A DNA stretch of 32,402 nucleotides from an uncultured bacterium (GCA_903861055.1 CAIOSU010000476.1:1-32402); one strand, 5' to 3'. Counted from the stretch's first letter, positions 16,489-25,443 are shown. Notes: a model not told the origin generated them from the letters alone. Numbers and translations are program-made.

Positions 16489-18981
16489 TTATTGAATTTC
16501 GTAAACCGGAAGATTCTCGGAAGTGGTTTCTGCTAGGTCTGTTGCGTCCTTCACAACTTTAAACTCCGTTGCTAATGGCTCGTAAGGCAAAAATTCACCA
16601 TTCCTGAAAACCAAAATTTCTTTGGTATCTGGGTTTTCAACGGCCAACATCACCCAGTTTTTATCAAACCACTCATAAGTGGCGGGGTTGGTTTTAATGG
16701 TGTTCAATACCACTTCGGGGTAGTGCTCTACTATTACCATCAAGCGCAAGGGGTCGTGTACTTCAATCATTTGTAAAGGTAAGCCCGTTCGCAAATCGCC
16801 ATCAAAGCCGTTTGCCACACCAAGAAGGCCCATTACGTTGTGCGGTAGTTTACTTCCCGCACCCAGTTTTTCATTATCGACCCTAGAGAAATAATACTCC
16901 AAATTGATACCTCCACAAACAGGTGCAGCTGCATTGAGTATGCCGAGCAAAAACTTACCGTCAGGGTCTACCCTGTAATCATACGAATTCAAAAAAGCGC
17001 GCCTATCTAAAAACAATTGGCCATTAAGACTCCTGCGGCCAATAATACACAAGGTATTGGTTGCGTGGTTTAGCTCGGGCCGCGGCTCAAACAACGATAC
17101 CGAGCGCAATTTTACCGCTTCGTGCACCTTTTTGGCGCTCAATTCGGTATTAATGCTCATAAACCTACGCGAGCGTTCTTTGGCATTTAAGTCAAGTGCT
17201 TGCTCAAAAACACCTAAGTTTAGTGCATGCAGTTTGGCGTTGGCCGGCGATAGGGTTTGCTCATCATAAAACATTACCTCGTCTCGGGTAGTGTCGTGCA
17301 GAGCGCCTACAAACTCTGTTTCGGTGGGTATAGCTATGCCCCTGGTTACCAAATTTTGCCTAACCATAGAGTGGTTGGCCATAAAGCTAAAAGCTCGTGC
17401 ATTTACCGAGCCTGGCCTGCCAGAGCATGCGCCGCAATCGTACCCGGCATAGTGGGTGTTGTTAACGCTACTGGCACCATGGCCAAACATATATACTAGT
17501 GGAGCGAAGTTGGCTACCAGACCCGTGCTTTTAAGTACCGCTTCTACTCGGTTGGTCATTTCATCAACGGTATAGCCCACTTGTAGCCCATCTTGCATAT
17601 GGCTGGGGCTCTTGTTCTCTATAGTTAGGCTCGAGAGCTTGTCCATGTGCCGAAACGAGTACGTAGTTGCTGGGCTAAGGCTTGGCTTAAATATATTTAC
17701 GCTCAGTTTTAGTGCCGACCAAAAACCCAATGTTTGCGATATAAGAGAGCTACGCAACAAACCATGCGTAGATTTGGAAAAGTGCACATCGCGTTCGGCT
17801 AAGCGCACCGTGCTTACTTCCTTAATAAGATGCTTCGGTTTTACTGGAGCAGGGCATATTTTAGTATGAAACTTGCCATTCTCCGGTTGATAATAGGTGT
17901 CGATGCCAAAAAACCCTGGGGTACCATAAGTAGTGCAGTTATGGTCAATTTGTTCAATATAACGCCTAATGGAACACTCCCTATCATCAATACAAAAGAA
18001 CGCTTGAAATGAAGGTGTGCTGGTTTTGGCATGGCTCTGGTTGCGGTGTTTAATGCCTCCCAGCACTTCGTCATAATAACTCCACTCGTAGGCTGCTTGC
18101 CAAAGGTTCAGCACTTCGTCAAGTTCGGTTAGTGGGCCAGGGTTAAGTACGTCAATTGCGGGCTCTTGCACTACGGTGGCCAGTGGCTGCCACTTTTTGC
18201 CCAAGGTTTGGTCAAGGTTGTCAATCTCAAGCAGCAACTCCAGATGAATTACGTCGGTCAAGGTTATGTTCTTATGTTCAAGCAAAAACTGAGGGTGATC
18301 TTCAACTACACTTACCATACCCGACCAGCCTGGGTGTGCGAATTGTTGATCGATAAGATATTGCTCAAAGTAACTTTCATCGCCTACCAACATTTGCAGT
18401 AGCGCATATATGTTTACACTGTCGTCGAACAAAAGGTTTTTGGCGCGCTTGGTTTTAAAGAAACTGAAGTAAGTGTTCTTTTCTATAGTCCTCAGCGCCG
18501 ATAGCAATCCTCCGTTTTCGACCGGAAAGGTAACCACGGCAATGCCCTGGTCGAGGTAGCTGTTGAGTATACGAAACAGGTTGGTATGCACAATGGTATC
18601 CAAATCGATATGATAATGGCTCTTCCAGTATTTACGCAACCGGCCTGTTAGTTTGCTTATGCTTGCATCATATTCTTGCTCGGTACACTTTTGTATCCAT
18701 TGGACTGCTGCCTGAGTGCCCTTTTCGGAGGTAATTACTCGCTCCAGCAAGGGCTTGCTTATTTTTTGCTCTTGGTATAGCGCCCTGTATTCGGCTAGGT
18801 TAAGTGAGGTTTTGAAACCAAAAATCTTGGAAGCCTTTCTAATGGCCTGCTCAAATGGTTCGTGCTGAAAAGCATGCAAGGTATTGTGGTGTATAAAATC
18901 TTTAAGCGGAGCCTGCTCAGGCAGGTAATGTCTCAATTTGTGGATTGTAACGTCCTCATCGAAACGAAATGAAGTTTTCAT
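16489..18981 (-). CDS. dabA: DUF2309/UPF0753 protein, DAB/MpsB beta-carbonic-anhydrase-like subunit
   Basis: PLKDFIHHNTL, PGWSG, predicted Zn ligands in FCIDDRE, GHG and YDCGAC, LHDTTRDE, INLEYYFS, GSKLPHNV..GDLRTGLP, HDPLRL. Confidence 0.93.
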   Translation of the reverse strand: MKTSFRFDEDVTIHKLRHYLPEQAPLKDFIHHNTLHAFQHEPFEQAIRKASKIFGFKTSLNLAEYRALYQEQKISKPLLERVITSEKGTQAAVQWIQKCTEQEYDASISKLTGRLRKYWKSHYHIDLDTIVHTNLFRILNSYLDQGIAVVTFPVENGGLLSALRTIEKNTYFSFFKTKRAKNLLFDDSVNIYALLQMLVGDESYFEQYLIDQQFAHPGWSGMVSVVEDHPQFLLEHKNITLTDVIHLELLLEIDNLDQTLGKKWQPLATVVQEPAIDVLNPGPLTELDEVLNLWQAAYEWSYYDEVLGGIKHRNQSHAKTSTPSFQAFFCIDDRECSIRRYIEQIDHNCTTYGTPGFFGIDTYYQPENGKFHTKICPAPVKPKHLIKEVSTVRLAERDVHFSKSTHGLLRSSLISQTLGFWSALKLSVNIFKPSLSPATTYSFRHMDKLSSLTIENKSPSHMQDGLQVGYTVDEMTNRVEAVLKSTGLVANFAPLVYMFGHGASSVNNTHYAGYDCGACSGRPGSVNARAFSFMANHSMVRQNLVTRGIAIPTETEFVGALHDTTRDEVMFYDEQTLSPANAKLHALNLGVFEQALDLNAKERSRRFMSINTELSAKKVHEAVKLRSVSLFEPRPELNHATNTLCIIGRRSLNGQLFLDRRAFLNSYDYRVDPDGKFLLGILNAAAPVCGGINLEYYFSRVDNEKLGAGSKLPHNVMGLLGVANGFDGDLRTGLPLQMIEVHDPLRLMVIVEHYPEVVLNTIKTNPATYEWFDKNWVMLAVENPDTKEILVFRNGEFLPYEPLATEFKVVKDATDLAETTSENLPVYEIQ

Positions 18982-19084
18982 AAACTGTTGTTGGAATGGT
19001 TAAGCAACCGTCAAAATGGATAAATAGCCTTTTGAACGCGATGGGCAGTAAAATGCGGGAAATGCAGCAATTGCTACACGGTGC

Positions 19085-19426
19085 TTAACAAATGTCTAAT
19101 TTCAGATTGCAATACAACAGATAGCGGGGCGTGTGCTCTAATACCTGCTTTTGAACTCGATTTAATTTGCTGCTGCAATACTTAACAGCAAGGCCATCGC
19201 CCCACTTTTGAGTTGTGGTACTTACATAATCATCATCGCATTCGAACAGCGGAGTAAAATGTATGTCTATTTTGTTGGCAACATCCCGTTGGACATTGGT
19301 TTCTAATAAAGTATGCTTTTGCTTGTTTTCAACAAATACGGGAGTTTCTTTCAAAAAGGAACCACATAAAAGTGTGGCTACACTTAATATTAGGGTAAAT
19401 AAGGCCGTTTTTCCCGAAACTTTCAT
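19085..19426 (-). CDS. Small hypothetical protein (113 aa), first cistron of the dab transcript
   Basis: ATG 19426 lies just downstream of a consensus promoter. N-terminal hydrophobic stretch, acidic ECDDD patch, C-terminal PRYLLYCNLKLDIC. Confidence 0.65.
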   Translation of the reverse strand: MKVSGKTALFTLILSVATLLCGSFLKETPVFVENKQKHTLLETNVQRDVANKIDIHFTPLFECDDDYVSTTTQKWGDGLAVKYCSSKLNRVQKQVLEHTPRYLLYCNLKLDIC

Positions 19427-19438
19427 AGAAATGTTATG

Positions 19439-19469
19439 CAAAGCTAGTTACAATAGATGAGTAACACAA
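19439..19469 (-). promoter_or_regulatory. Bacteroidota promoter TTG-N20-TAGCTTTG
   Basis: -33 TTG (19469-19467), 20-nt spacer, -7 TAGCTTTG (19446-19439). Confidence 0.75.
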
Positions 19470-19519
19470 TTATATTGCACGCTGAGCCACAACAATTTAA
19501 TTAAATAATGTTAATGGCA

Positions 19520-20173
19520 TTAATCTTGAGCCATGGTGGGTTTGCTAGCAATCTGGTGATTTATAATCGGTTGGAAGGCTATAGTGTCAAACAAGTAGGT
19601 GTATTTTAGCAAATCGGCAGTAGGCAAATTAAGGGTAATAGGAAAAATATCCGTTCCGTAAATGTCCATGTACAAATGCTGTAACAGCTCGCTACAATAA
19701 AACGAAGAAGGGTCGGAAGCATCAAAACCCAAATCGAAGGGAATATCCTGTTTCAGGTAGTAGTGCATTCTATCCGCCAACTGGGGCATGCGCGCCTGTT
19801 GGGTTTTATACCGCACCACTATAACCGAGTTTGGGCGGCTTTCGGCCACAAACTGATCAAGGCTTTGGGCTAAAATCCCGTCTAAACCACGCTCCTTATC
19901 TTGCATGGCATGCACTATCCATAGCTTGCCATTTTCTTCGAGCACCACCCCGCAGTGTGTCACGTCAAAAGGTTCTTTAAGCATATTGGCAATACCATCG
20001 CTCACTAGGCCATCACCTCGGCGCAATATAATATCGCCAGTATGCAAAAGGCGCTTCTCATCCCCGGTAAGGGTATAAGAAACGCCTTGCTTATTACGTT
20101 CGTTTTTGGGTTGCAAATAATAACCTCCCGCCAACAACAATACAATTAAAAATATGGGCCAAGCCTTTTTCAT
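19520..20173 (-). CDS. YiiX/YebB-like permuted papain-like (NlpC/P60) amidase
   Basis: GDIILRRG, THCGV (His), FYCSEL (Cys) in permuted order; N-terminal signal/anchor. Confidence 0.9.
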   Translation of the reverse strand: MKKAWPIFLIVLLLAGGYYLQPKNERNKQGVSYTLTGDEKRLLHTGDIILRRGDGLVSDGIANMLKEPFDVTHCGVVLEENGKLWIVHAMQDKERGLDGILAQSLDQFVAESRPNSVIVVRYKTQQARMPQLADRMHYYLKQDIPFDLGFDASDPSSFYCSELLQHLYMDIYGTDIFPITLNLPTADLLKYTYLFDTIAFQPIINHQIASKPTMAQD

Positions 20174-20217
20174 GTCAACAATACTAGCATACGGTTGTAG
20201 GCAGGGCCAACGGGCTA

Positions 20218-20715
20218 TTACATACCTTCGGTAGTAGCAGCCGAATCGATATCTTCCAATTTGAAAGAATCTTCTTCCAAAGCCGGTGCTTCGTCCATTG
20301 AAGGCTCTTCACCCATTCCGTCCATCGCGCCTTCGCCACCCATAAGGGTTTCTTTGCTCATGTCGGCTTTCCATTCGCCGTTTACTTTTACCATAGCCAA
20401 TTCAGACGACTCACCTTTCTCGTCGCAGCAGTATGTACAAGTACCTTTTTCGCCTTCAAGTTTGCAAGCAGTAACTTTTTTAGCTTCAGGCTTGGCCGAA
20501 TCTTCAGCAGCTGGCATTTGATCAGCAAAACCTTTCAAAAGATCCAACATTTTGTGGGTTTCTTCAGAGCTGAAAGTTTTAGCTTTCTCAAAATCTTTGT
20601 TGTCAAGTGCAGTCAAAAACTCTTCTGCAGTAGATTTTGCTTTGTCTTCTTCGCTACAGCCTACTGTTGCGAACACCAATGCTACTAGGCAAAGGAAAAG
20701 TGCGTTTTTTGTCAT
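20218..20715 (-). CDS. Lipoprotein, DUF4878-like
   Basis: Lipobox ATVG-C20, AEEFLTAL..DFEKAK, MVKVNGEWK; acidic low-complexity tail. Confidence 0.8.
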   Translation of the reverse strand: MTKNALFLCLVALVFATVGCSEEDKAKSTAEEFLTALDNKDFEKAKTFSSEETHKMLDLLKGFADQMPAAEDSAKPEAKKVTACKLEGEKGTCTYCCDEKGESSELAMVKVNGEWKADMSKETLMGGEGAMDGMGEEPSMDEAPALEEDSFKLEDIDSAATTEGM

Positions 20716-20745
20716 GATGGGAGTTCGTTAAATGGTTTAGTGATA

Positions 20746-20753
20746 CAAAGGTA
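20746..20753 (-). promoter_or_regulatory. Bacteroidota -7 promoter element (TACCTTTG)
   Basis: Exact TAnnTTTG 30 nt upstream of the lipoprotein ATG, with a TTTG about 22 nt further upstream. Confidence 0.7.
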
Positions 20754-20913
20754 CATTTTTTATTATCAAAACGAGCAAAACACAATATTGCAATAATTAA
20801 TAATTCAGACACTCAAATGCAATGGTTCGTTTTAAATTTTCAACAAACCTGATTTTTAAGAATTATTGCTAACTTACAGCTAATATTATTTTTACCTGTA
20901 GAAAAGTATAGCC

Positions 20914-21336
20914 ATGAAAACCATTGATAACGAGATAATGATATTGTACGATTCTGCATCGCACGTAGGCTCGAAAACATTGGCCTATGCCCATACTATA
21001 TCGCCCAACGTGAAAAGCTGGGACCATAGCCTGCTGCCCCTTACTGGTGCTATGTGGCAACAATTGCTCGGCATGTTGCAGTTGCATCCCAAAGAATTGC
21101 TAGACAAATCGCACCCTTATTATCAAACCCATATTCAGGGTCATTATTTTGATCAAGATGGCTGGCTGAATATGCTACGCCAAAACACTTTTCTGATTAA
21201 ATGGCCTATTTTGGTAAATGGCAATAAGGCCATAATGTGCACCACGCCCGAAAGCATATATCGCATATTGCAAGGTGCCGCGCAGCTTAAACAACCCAAC
21301 GGACCGAAAATGGGGGAACCTGGGCCTGGAGCCTAG
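20914..21336 (+). CDS. ArsC/Spx-like thioredoxin-fold protein lacking the active-site Cys
   Basis: ILYDS..GSKTLAYA, KELLDK.HPYY, LIKWPILV pattern. Confidence 0.7.
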   Translation: MKTIDNEIMILYDSASHVGSKTLAYAHTISPNVKSWDHSLLPLTGAMWQQLLGMLQLHPKELLDKSHPYYQTHIQGHYFDQDGWLNMLRQNTFLIKWPILVNGNKAIMCTTPESIYRILQGAAQLKQPNGPKMGEPGPGA

Positions 21337-21860
21337 TTGTTAATCTTATCTACAAAATTTGATAGGTCTTCTTCACCAGCGATTCCTTCTTTTTGCTTTG
21401 CTATCAACAACAAAGCTTGGGTAGTATAACCACCTCTAATTAACCCATCGGGCAGCTCTATCATCCAATCTAATACTTGACCCAACGGAAGCTCACGGTT
21501 AACTTCGTTCTCATTTTCTTTAAGGTACTTAGCCTCAATAACAATGCCCACATAGCCTGGGCCCATGCTGGTTACTTTGGCCCAGATATCTTCTTTAAAG
21601 CCACTTGGTCCATCGTGGGTAAACTTAATAAAACTATTGGTTGGGTATTGAGGGTATAGGGAGGTAAATGTATCGAGCGTAGCCGTGGCCTTAGCTTTGG
21701 CTTTGGCCCATAGCTCGTTGTTAGGGTCAACAAATTGAAGGTGGGCTGTGTCTTTTTTGTACTTTAGGGTAGCGGCATACCAAGCAAAGCCGCCAATTAG
21801 CGAAACAAAAAACGTAAGGAGCAGCAATACTCGAAATGGGGCAGAAGCAAACAAATTCAT
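21333..21860 (-). CDS. Membrane-anchored DUF2314/YegJ-like protein
   Basis: N-terminal TM; AKAKATATLDTF, EDIW, DWMI..GGYT. Confidence 0.7.
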   Translation of the reverse strand: MNLFASAPFRVLLLLTFFVSLIGGFAWYAATLKYKKDTAHLQFVDPNNELWAKAKAKATATLDTFTSLYPQYPTNSFIKFTHDGPSGFKEDIWAKVTSMGPGYVGIVIEAKYLKENENEVNRELPLGQVLDWMIELPDGLIRGGYTTQALLLIAKQKEGIAGEEDLSNFVDKINN

Positions 21861-21918
21861 ACTGTAAACTTAAGTGTTTATTTGTTTCTAAGCGCGCGTT
21901 AATAACTAAAACGTTCCC

Positions 21919-22656
21919 TCAAAAATCGCACTCAGCACCATGCTTCTTGAGCCAGCGCTCTTGGTCCATATAGTTGGGCAGGCAGCGTTCAACTTCGTTC
22001 CAGAAGGCTGCGCTGTGGTTGGGGTGCACTAAGTGCGCCAGTTCATGAACCATTACATAATCTATCACTTCTTCGGGCGCAAACAATAGTCGGGTAGAGA
22101 TATTAATATTGCCTTGGCGAGAGCAACTGCCCCAAAGCGAATTGGTATACTTCAGTTTAAAGTCATTTACCGTTTTGCCAAAATACAATTTATTGAGGTA
22201 CAGCAGCTTGTGATGCATTGTGGTATAGTACTTCTTGGCCACCACGCGGCTTATCAGTTGGGGGATGGCTCTTTCGCGCTCTTCGTTGGTGCTTTCTTGA
22301 GGTTGCCTTATTAGCACTACCTTATTATGTAGCCTTGCCGTAAACGATGCCAAGGGCACCACCTCAAGGTTCAGCGTATACACTTCGCCCATGAGCATAA
22401 ACGTGTAGCCATCTTTATACTTCTTGGCCTTGTCCTGCTTCAGCAATTGGGGCTTGCTGCTATAGGTTTTGTAGGCCCAGTCTTTAAACGAAGCAATTTG
22501 CTGTTGGCGCTGGTCGGGCGTCAAAAAGAAGGGCAGTCTTATGGTCACACCCTTTTTACCTATTGATACCCGGGCGTTAGTGCGCTTCTCGGTGTGTATA
22601 TAAACCGTTATATCTTGCTCACTAACCTTTAGTATTGCCGTGCTTGTCTTCAACAT
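21919..22656 (-). CDS. YgjP/DUF45 (M48/SprT-like) zinc metallohydrolase
   Basis: WGSCS..NINIS, IDYVMVHELAHLVHPNHS..FW. Confidence 0.92.
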   Translation of the reverse strand: MLKTSTAILKVSEQDITVYIHTEKRTNARVSIGKKGVTIRLPFFLTPDQRQQQIASFKDWAYKTYSSKPQLLKQDKAKKYKDGYTFMLMGEVYTLNLEVVPLASFTARLHNKVVLIRQPQESTNEERERAIPQLISRVVAKKYYTTMHHKLLYLNKLYFGKTVNDFKLKYTNSLWGSCSRQGNINISTRLLFAPEEVIDYVMVHELAHLVHPNHSAAFWNEVERCLPNYMDQERWLKKHGAECDF

Positions 22657-23059
22657 TCAGTATAATCGGCTGCTGGGTTTCCCATTTCTTAAATTTATCC
22701 AAATCATCGCGAATGGCATTTACCACCCACCCGATTATCACAAAATCATCCAACAAACCCAACGCGGGTATAAAGTCGGGTATAACATCAACAAAACTAA
22801 CAAAATAGATGATGCCCAAAACGGCTTTTACCAGTGTGGCCCAAGGAATGGATTTATATTTCCCATCGTAGTATGATATAACCAAACGACGGATATCGTC
22901 GGCGTTTTCACGCAGGCTGGTAAAGAAAACAAACACGCCCACAATGCGCCTTAACCGCTTGCCGGCCAAAGCCAATAAACGTTTCACCAATGCAGGCTTT
23001 TGGGCTACATCTTCGGCATACTTAAAATGGCTATTGATAAAGTCGTCTGATTTTGACAT
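22622..23059 (-). CDS. YkvA/DUF1232 family membrane protein
   Basis: YFVSFVDVIPDFIPALGLLDD; overlaps the next gene by 35 nt. Confidence 0.92.
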   Translation of the reverse strand: MSKSDDFINSHFKYAEDVAQKPALVKRLLALAGKRLRRIVGVFVFFTSLRENADDIRRLVISYYDGKYKSIPWATLVKAVLGIIYFVSFVDVIPDFIPALGLLDDFVIIGWVVNAIRDDLDKFKKWETQQPIILNVEDKHGNTKG

Positions 23060-23073
23060 CCTGTTTTATGTTG

Positions 23074-23093
23074 GTTACTACAAGTTACTACAA
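23074..23093. repeat. Perfect 10-bp tandem repeat (GTTACTACAA)x2
   Basis: Read directly; in the divergent ykvA-like/mscL spacer. Confidence 0.8.
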
Positions 23094-23171
23094 ATATCTT
23101 GCCGCAACGTGCTTGCAATTATTACAATTTATGATTAGAATTGCTTCATCTCACAACTAAACCACGCAACT

Positions 23172-23597
23172 ATGGGCTTTGTAAAAGAATTTAAAGAATT
23201 TGCCATGAAGGGTAATGTACTTGATATGGCAGTAGGTATTATCATAGGAGGTGCCTTTGGTAAAATTGTCAGTTCTGCCGTTTCCGATATTTTAATGCCA
23301 CCACTTGGCTTGTTGTTAGGTAAGGTCGATTTCAAAGATTTGAAAGTAGAAATACAGCCCGAAATAAAAGATGCGGCAGGTGAAGTAACGCAAGCCTTAG
23401 TATCAATTAACTATGGTGCGTTTTTGCAAGTTACTATTGATTTTATCTTAATTGCCTTTGCCGTGTTTACGGTGATAAAACTGATGAACAACTTGAAAAA
23501 GAAAGAAGAGGCAAAAGTTGAAGCACCAGCGCCAGCGGCAGTGCCCGATGATGTGAAACTACTCACCGAAATACGCGATTTGCTGAAAAAGCAGTAA
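23172..23597 (+). CDS. mscL: Large-conductance mechanosensitive channel
   Basis: [43 protein letters not shown]. Confidence 0.98.
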   Translation: MGFVKEFKEFAMKGNVLDMAVGIIIGGAFGKIVSSAVSDILMPPLGLLLGKVDFKDLKVEIQPEIKDAAGEVTQALVSINYGAFLQVTIDFILIAFAVFTVIKLMNNLKKKEEAKVEAPAPAAVPDDVKLLTEIRDLLKKQ

Positions 23598-23606
23598 TTT
23601 AATAAC

Positions 23607-24944
23607 ATGAGGAAAAAACTGACATGGGCAGCCTTGGCACTAGCAGGGCTGCTCATTGTTTTTGTGACTAGCACCATTACTACTGTAATAGATGAGCCAC
23701 TGGAGCAAACTGCATATTACCAAAGGACCATGCAGCGCCTTGATGATTTCACGCCAGCAACTAATGGCGATACGGTGCAGGTAGGCTGGGCCAAAGTAAA
23801 CCTAGCGCCCGCACACCCCACGCCCATAGCTATTGATGCCCACAGAGACGGCAACTTTGAGAAGGTATTGGATAGTGTATATGTGCGGGCCTTTGTGTTT
23901 GACAACGGCACCCAAAAAGCGGCCTATGTAACGCTGGACATGCTCATCTTCCCACCAACGGTAACCGGGGTATTGAACGATAGCTTGGCAGGCACTGGCT
24001 ACTCATTAAATAATACTTTTCTTACTGCTACGCATACCCATAGCAGCTTTGGTGCCTGGGCGCCTGGCATTATTGGCGAAACCTTTGCTGGCAAATACGA
24101 CCCTGCCATTGTGGCACACATTGCCCATTGCGTGGTATTGGCCATCCGAAAGGCTAGTATGGATATGGATAAAGCCCAAATCGGTTTTAATAAAATGGAC
24201 TGCCGGGAACTGGTATATAACCGGTTGCTAAACGATAGCACCAATACCGACCCATGGTTAAGGTATATACGCATTACCCGAGACGATGGCAAAAACGCCA
24301 TTATTGCCAACTTTGCGGCCCACGCTACATACCTGCACGATAGTATTATGAAACTGCACCGCGACTACCCTGGCCATCTGGTTGATTACTTAGAGCGTAT
24401 GGCCTCTATTGATTTTGCCGCATTTGGTGCCGGTGCCATGGGCAGTATGGGCCCCGTATACCAAGAAAAAGGCCCCTGGTTGGGTATTGAGCAAATGGCT
24501 GCTGACTTGTATTACAAAGTGATGCAAAGCTGGAACAATACCCCCATAAACTACCTTACGCAACTAAACACCTTGCACCTGCCTGTTGATTTGGGAGAAC
24601 AACAGATGCGGCTAAACAACTCATTGCGCTTGAGGCCTTGGGTGGTAAAAAGGGTGTTTGGCGAAACACCCCATTTTATGAAGGGGCTAAGGTTAGGAAA
24701 CACCCTATTGATTGGCACACCCTGCGATTTTTCGGGCGAGCTGGTGGCGGAATTGGACAGCTTTGCCAGTGCCAATGGCTTGAATTTAATGGTACATAGC
24801 TTTAATGGCGACTTTGTAGGCTACATTACCCACGATGACCACTACCACCTAAATGCCTACGAAACCCGAACCATGAATTGGTTTGGCCCGCACAATGGTC
24901 GTTATTTCCAAGAAATCATTAAGAAAATGATTGACCACATCTGA
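23607..24944 (+). CDS. Neutral/alkaline ceramidase-like hydrolase with N-terminal anchor
   Basis: VGWAKVNLAP, YVRAFVF, ATHTHSS, NFAAHAT, DYPG, GYIT..YE. Confidence 0.8.
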   Translation: MRKKLTWAALALAGLLIVFVTSTITTVIDEPLEQTAYYQRTMQRLDDFTPATNGDTVQVGWAKVNLAPAHPTPIAIDAHRDGNFEKVLDSVYVRAFVFDNGTQKAAYVTLDMLIFPPTVTGVLNDSLAGTGYSLNNTFLTATHTHSSFGAWAPGIIGETFAGKYDPAIVAHIAHCVVLAIRKASMDMDKAQIGFNKMDCRELVYNRLLNDSTNTDPWLRYIRITRDDGKNAIIANFAAHATYLHDSIMKLHRDYPGHLVDYLERMASIDFAAFGAGAMGSMGPVYQEKGPWLGIEQMAADLYYKVMQSWNNTPINYLTQLNTLHLPVDLGEQQMRLNNSLRLRPWVVKRVFGETPHFMKGLRLGNTLLIGTPCDFSGELVAELDSFASANGLNLMVHSFNGDFVGYITHDDHYHLNAYETRTMNWFGPHNGRYFQEIIKKMIDHI

Positions 24945-25017
24945 TTTTTCGCATCTTTGGGCTTCATTTAATTTTCTACTTTGCTTTTGTCCATTGACTA
25001 TGGACTATCGACCATAT

Positions 25018-25425
25018 ATGGCACACATCACTGAAATTACCGTAAGGGGCTACCATCTTGATTTGTATCGCCACGTAAACAATGCCCGTTACCTTGAATT
25101 TTTGGAAGAGTCGCGCTGGCAGAACTATGATAAGCGTTTTGAAACGGCAGGCCTTAAAGAAAAAGGATTGGCCTTCGTTATTGTAAACATTAACATTGAC
25201 TATAAGCGCCCTGCTTTGCTTGGCGATGTGCTGAACATAGTAAATACCCTGCAACGCATTGGCAACAAAAGTGTGACCATACGCCAGCACATGTTCCTCA
25301 AAGGCACCGACACTACCGTGGTTGATGCAGCTGTAACCATAGTACTTATGGACATGAAAACAGGTAAAGCCGTTCCAATTGAAGGCGAGCTGCTGACGAT
25401 GATGCAAGCGAGCGAAACTAATTAG
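25018..25425 (+). CDS. YbgC/FadM family acyl-CoA thioesterase (hot-dog fold)
   Basis: VRGYHLDLYRHVNNARYLEFLEE, NIDYKRPA..GD. Start moved to ATG 25018 (ATG 25000 is possible). Confidence 0.9.
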   Translation: MAHITEITVRGYHLDLYRHVNNARYLEFLEESRWQNYDKRFETAGLKEKGLAFVIVNINIDYKRPALLGDVLNIVNTLQRIGNKSVTIRQHMFLKGTDTTVVDAAVTIVLMDMKTGKAVPIEGELLTMMQASETN

Positions 25426-25443
25426 TCCACAGTCCATGGTCCA
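25423..25443. repeat. Heptamer tract TAGTCCA-CAGTCCA-TGGTCCA
   Basis: Begins within the thioesterase stop codon. Confidence 0.75.

Noticed and set aside
19427-19441. TTG start at 19441 for the leader ORF
   Set aside because: The TTG is part of the -7 promoter element; ATG 19426 is preferred.
24931-25017. N-terminal extension of the thioesterase and the antisense ORF 24976-25437
   Set aside because: The family fold begins near MAHITEITVRG; the antisense frame is a shadow of the real gene.
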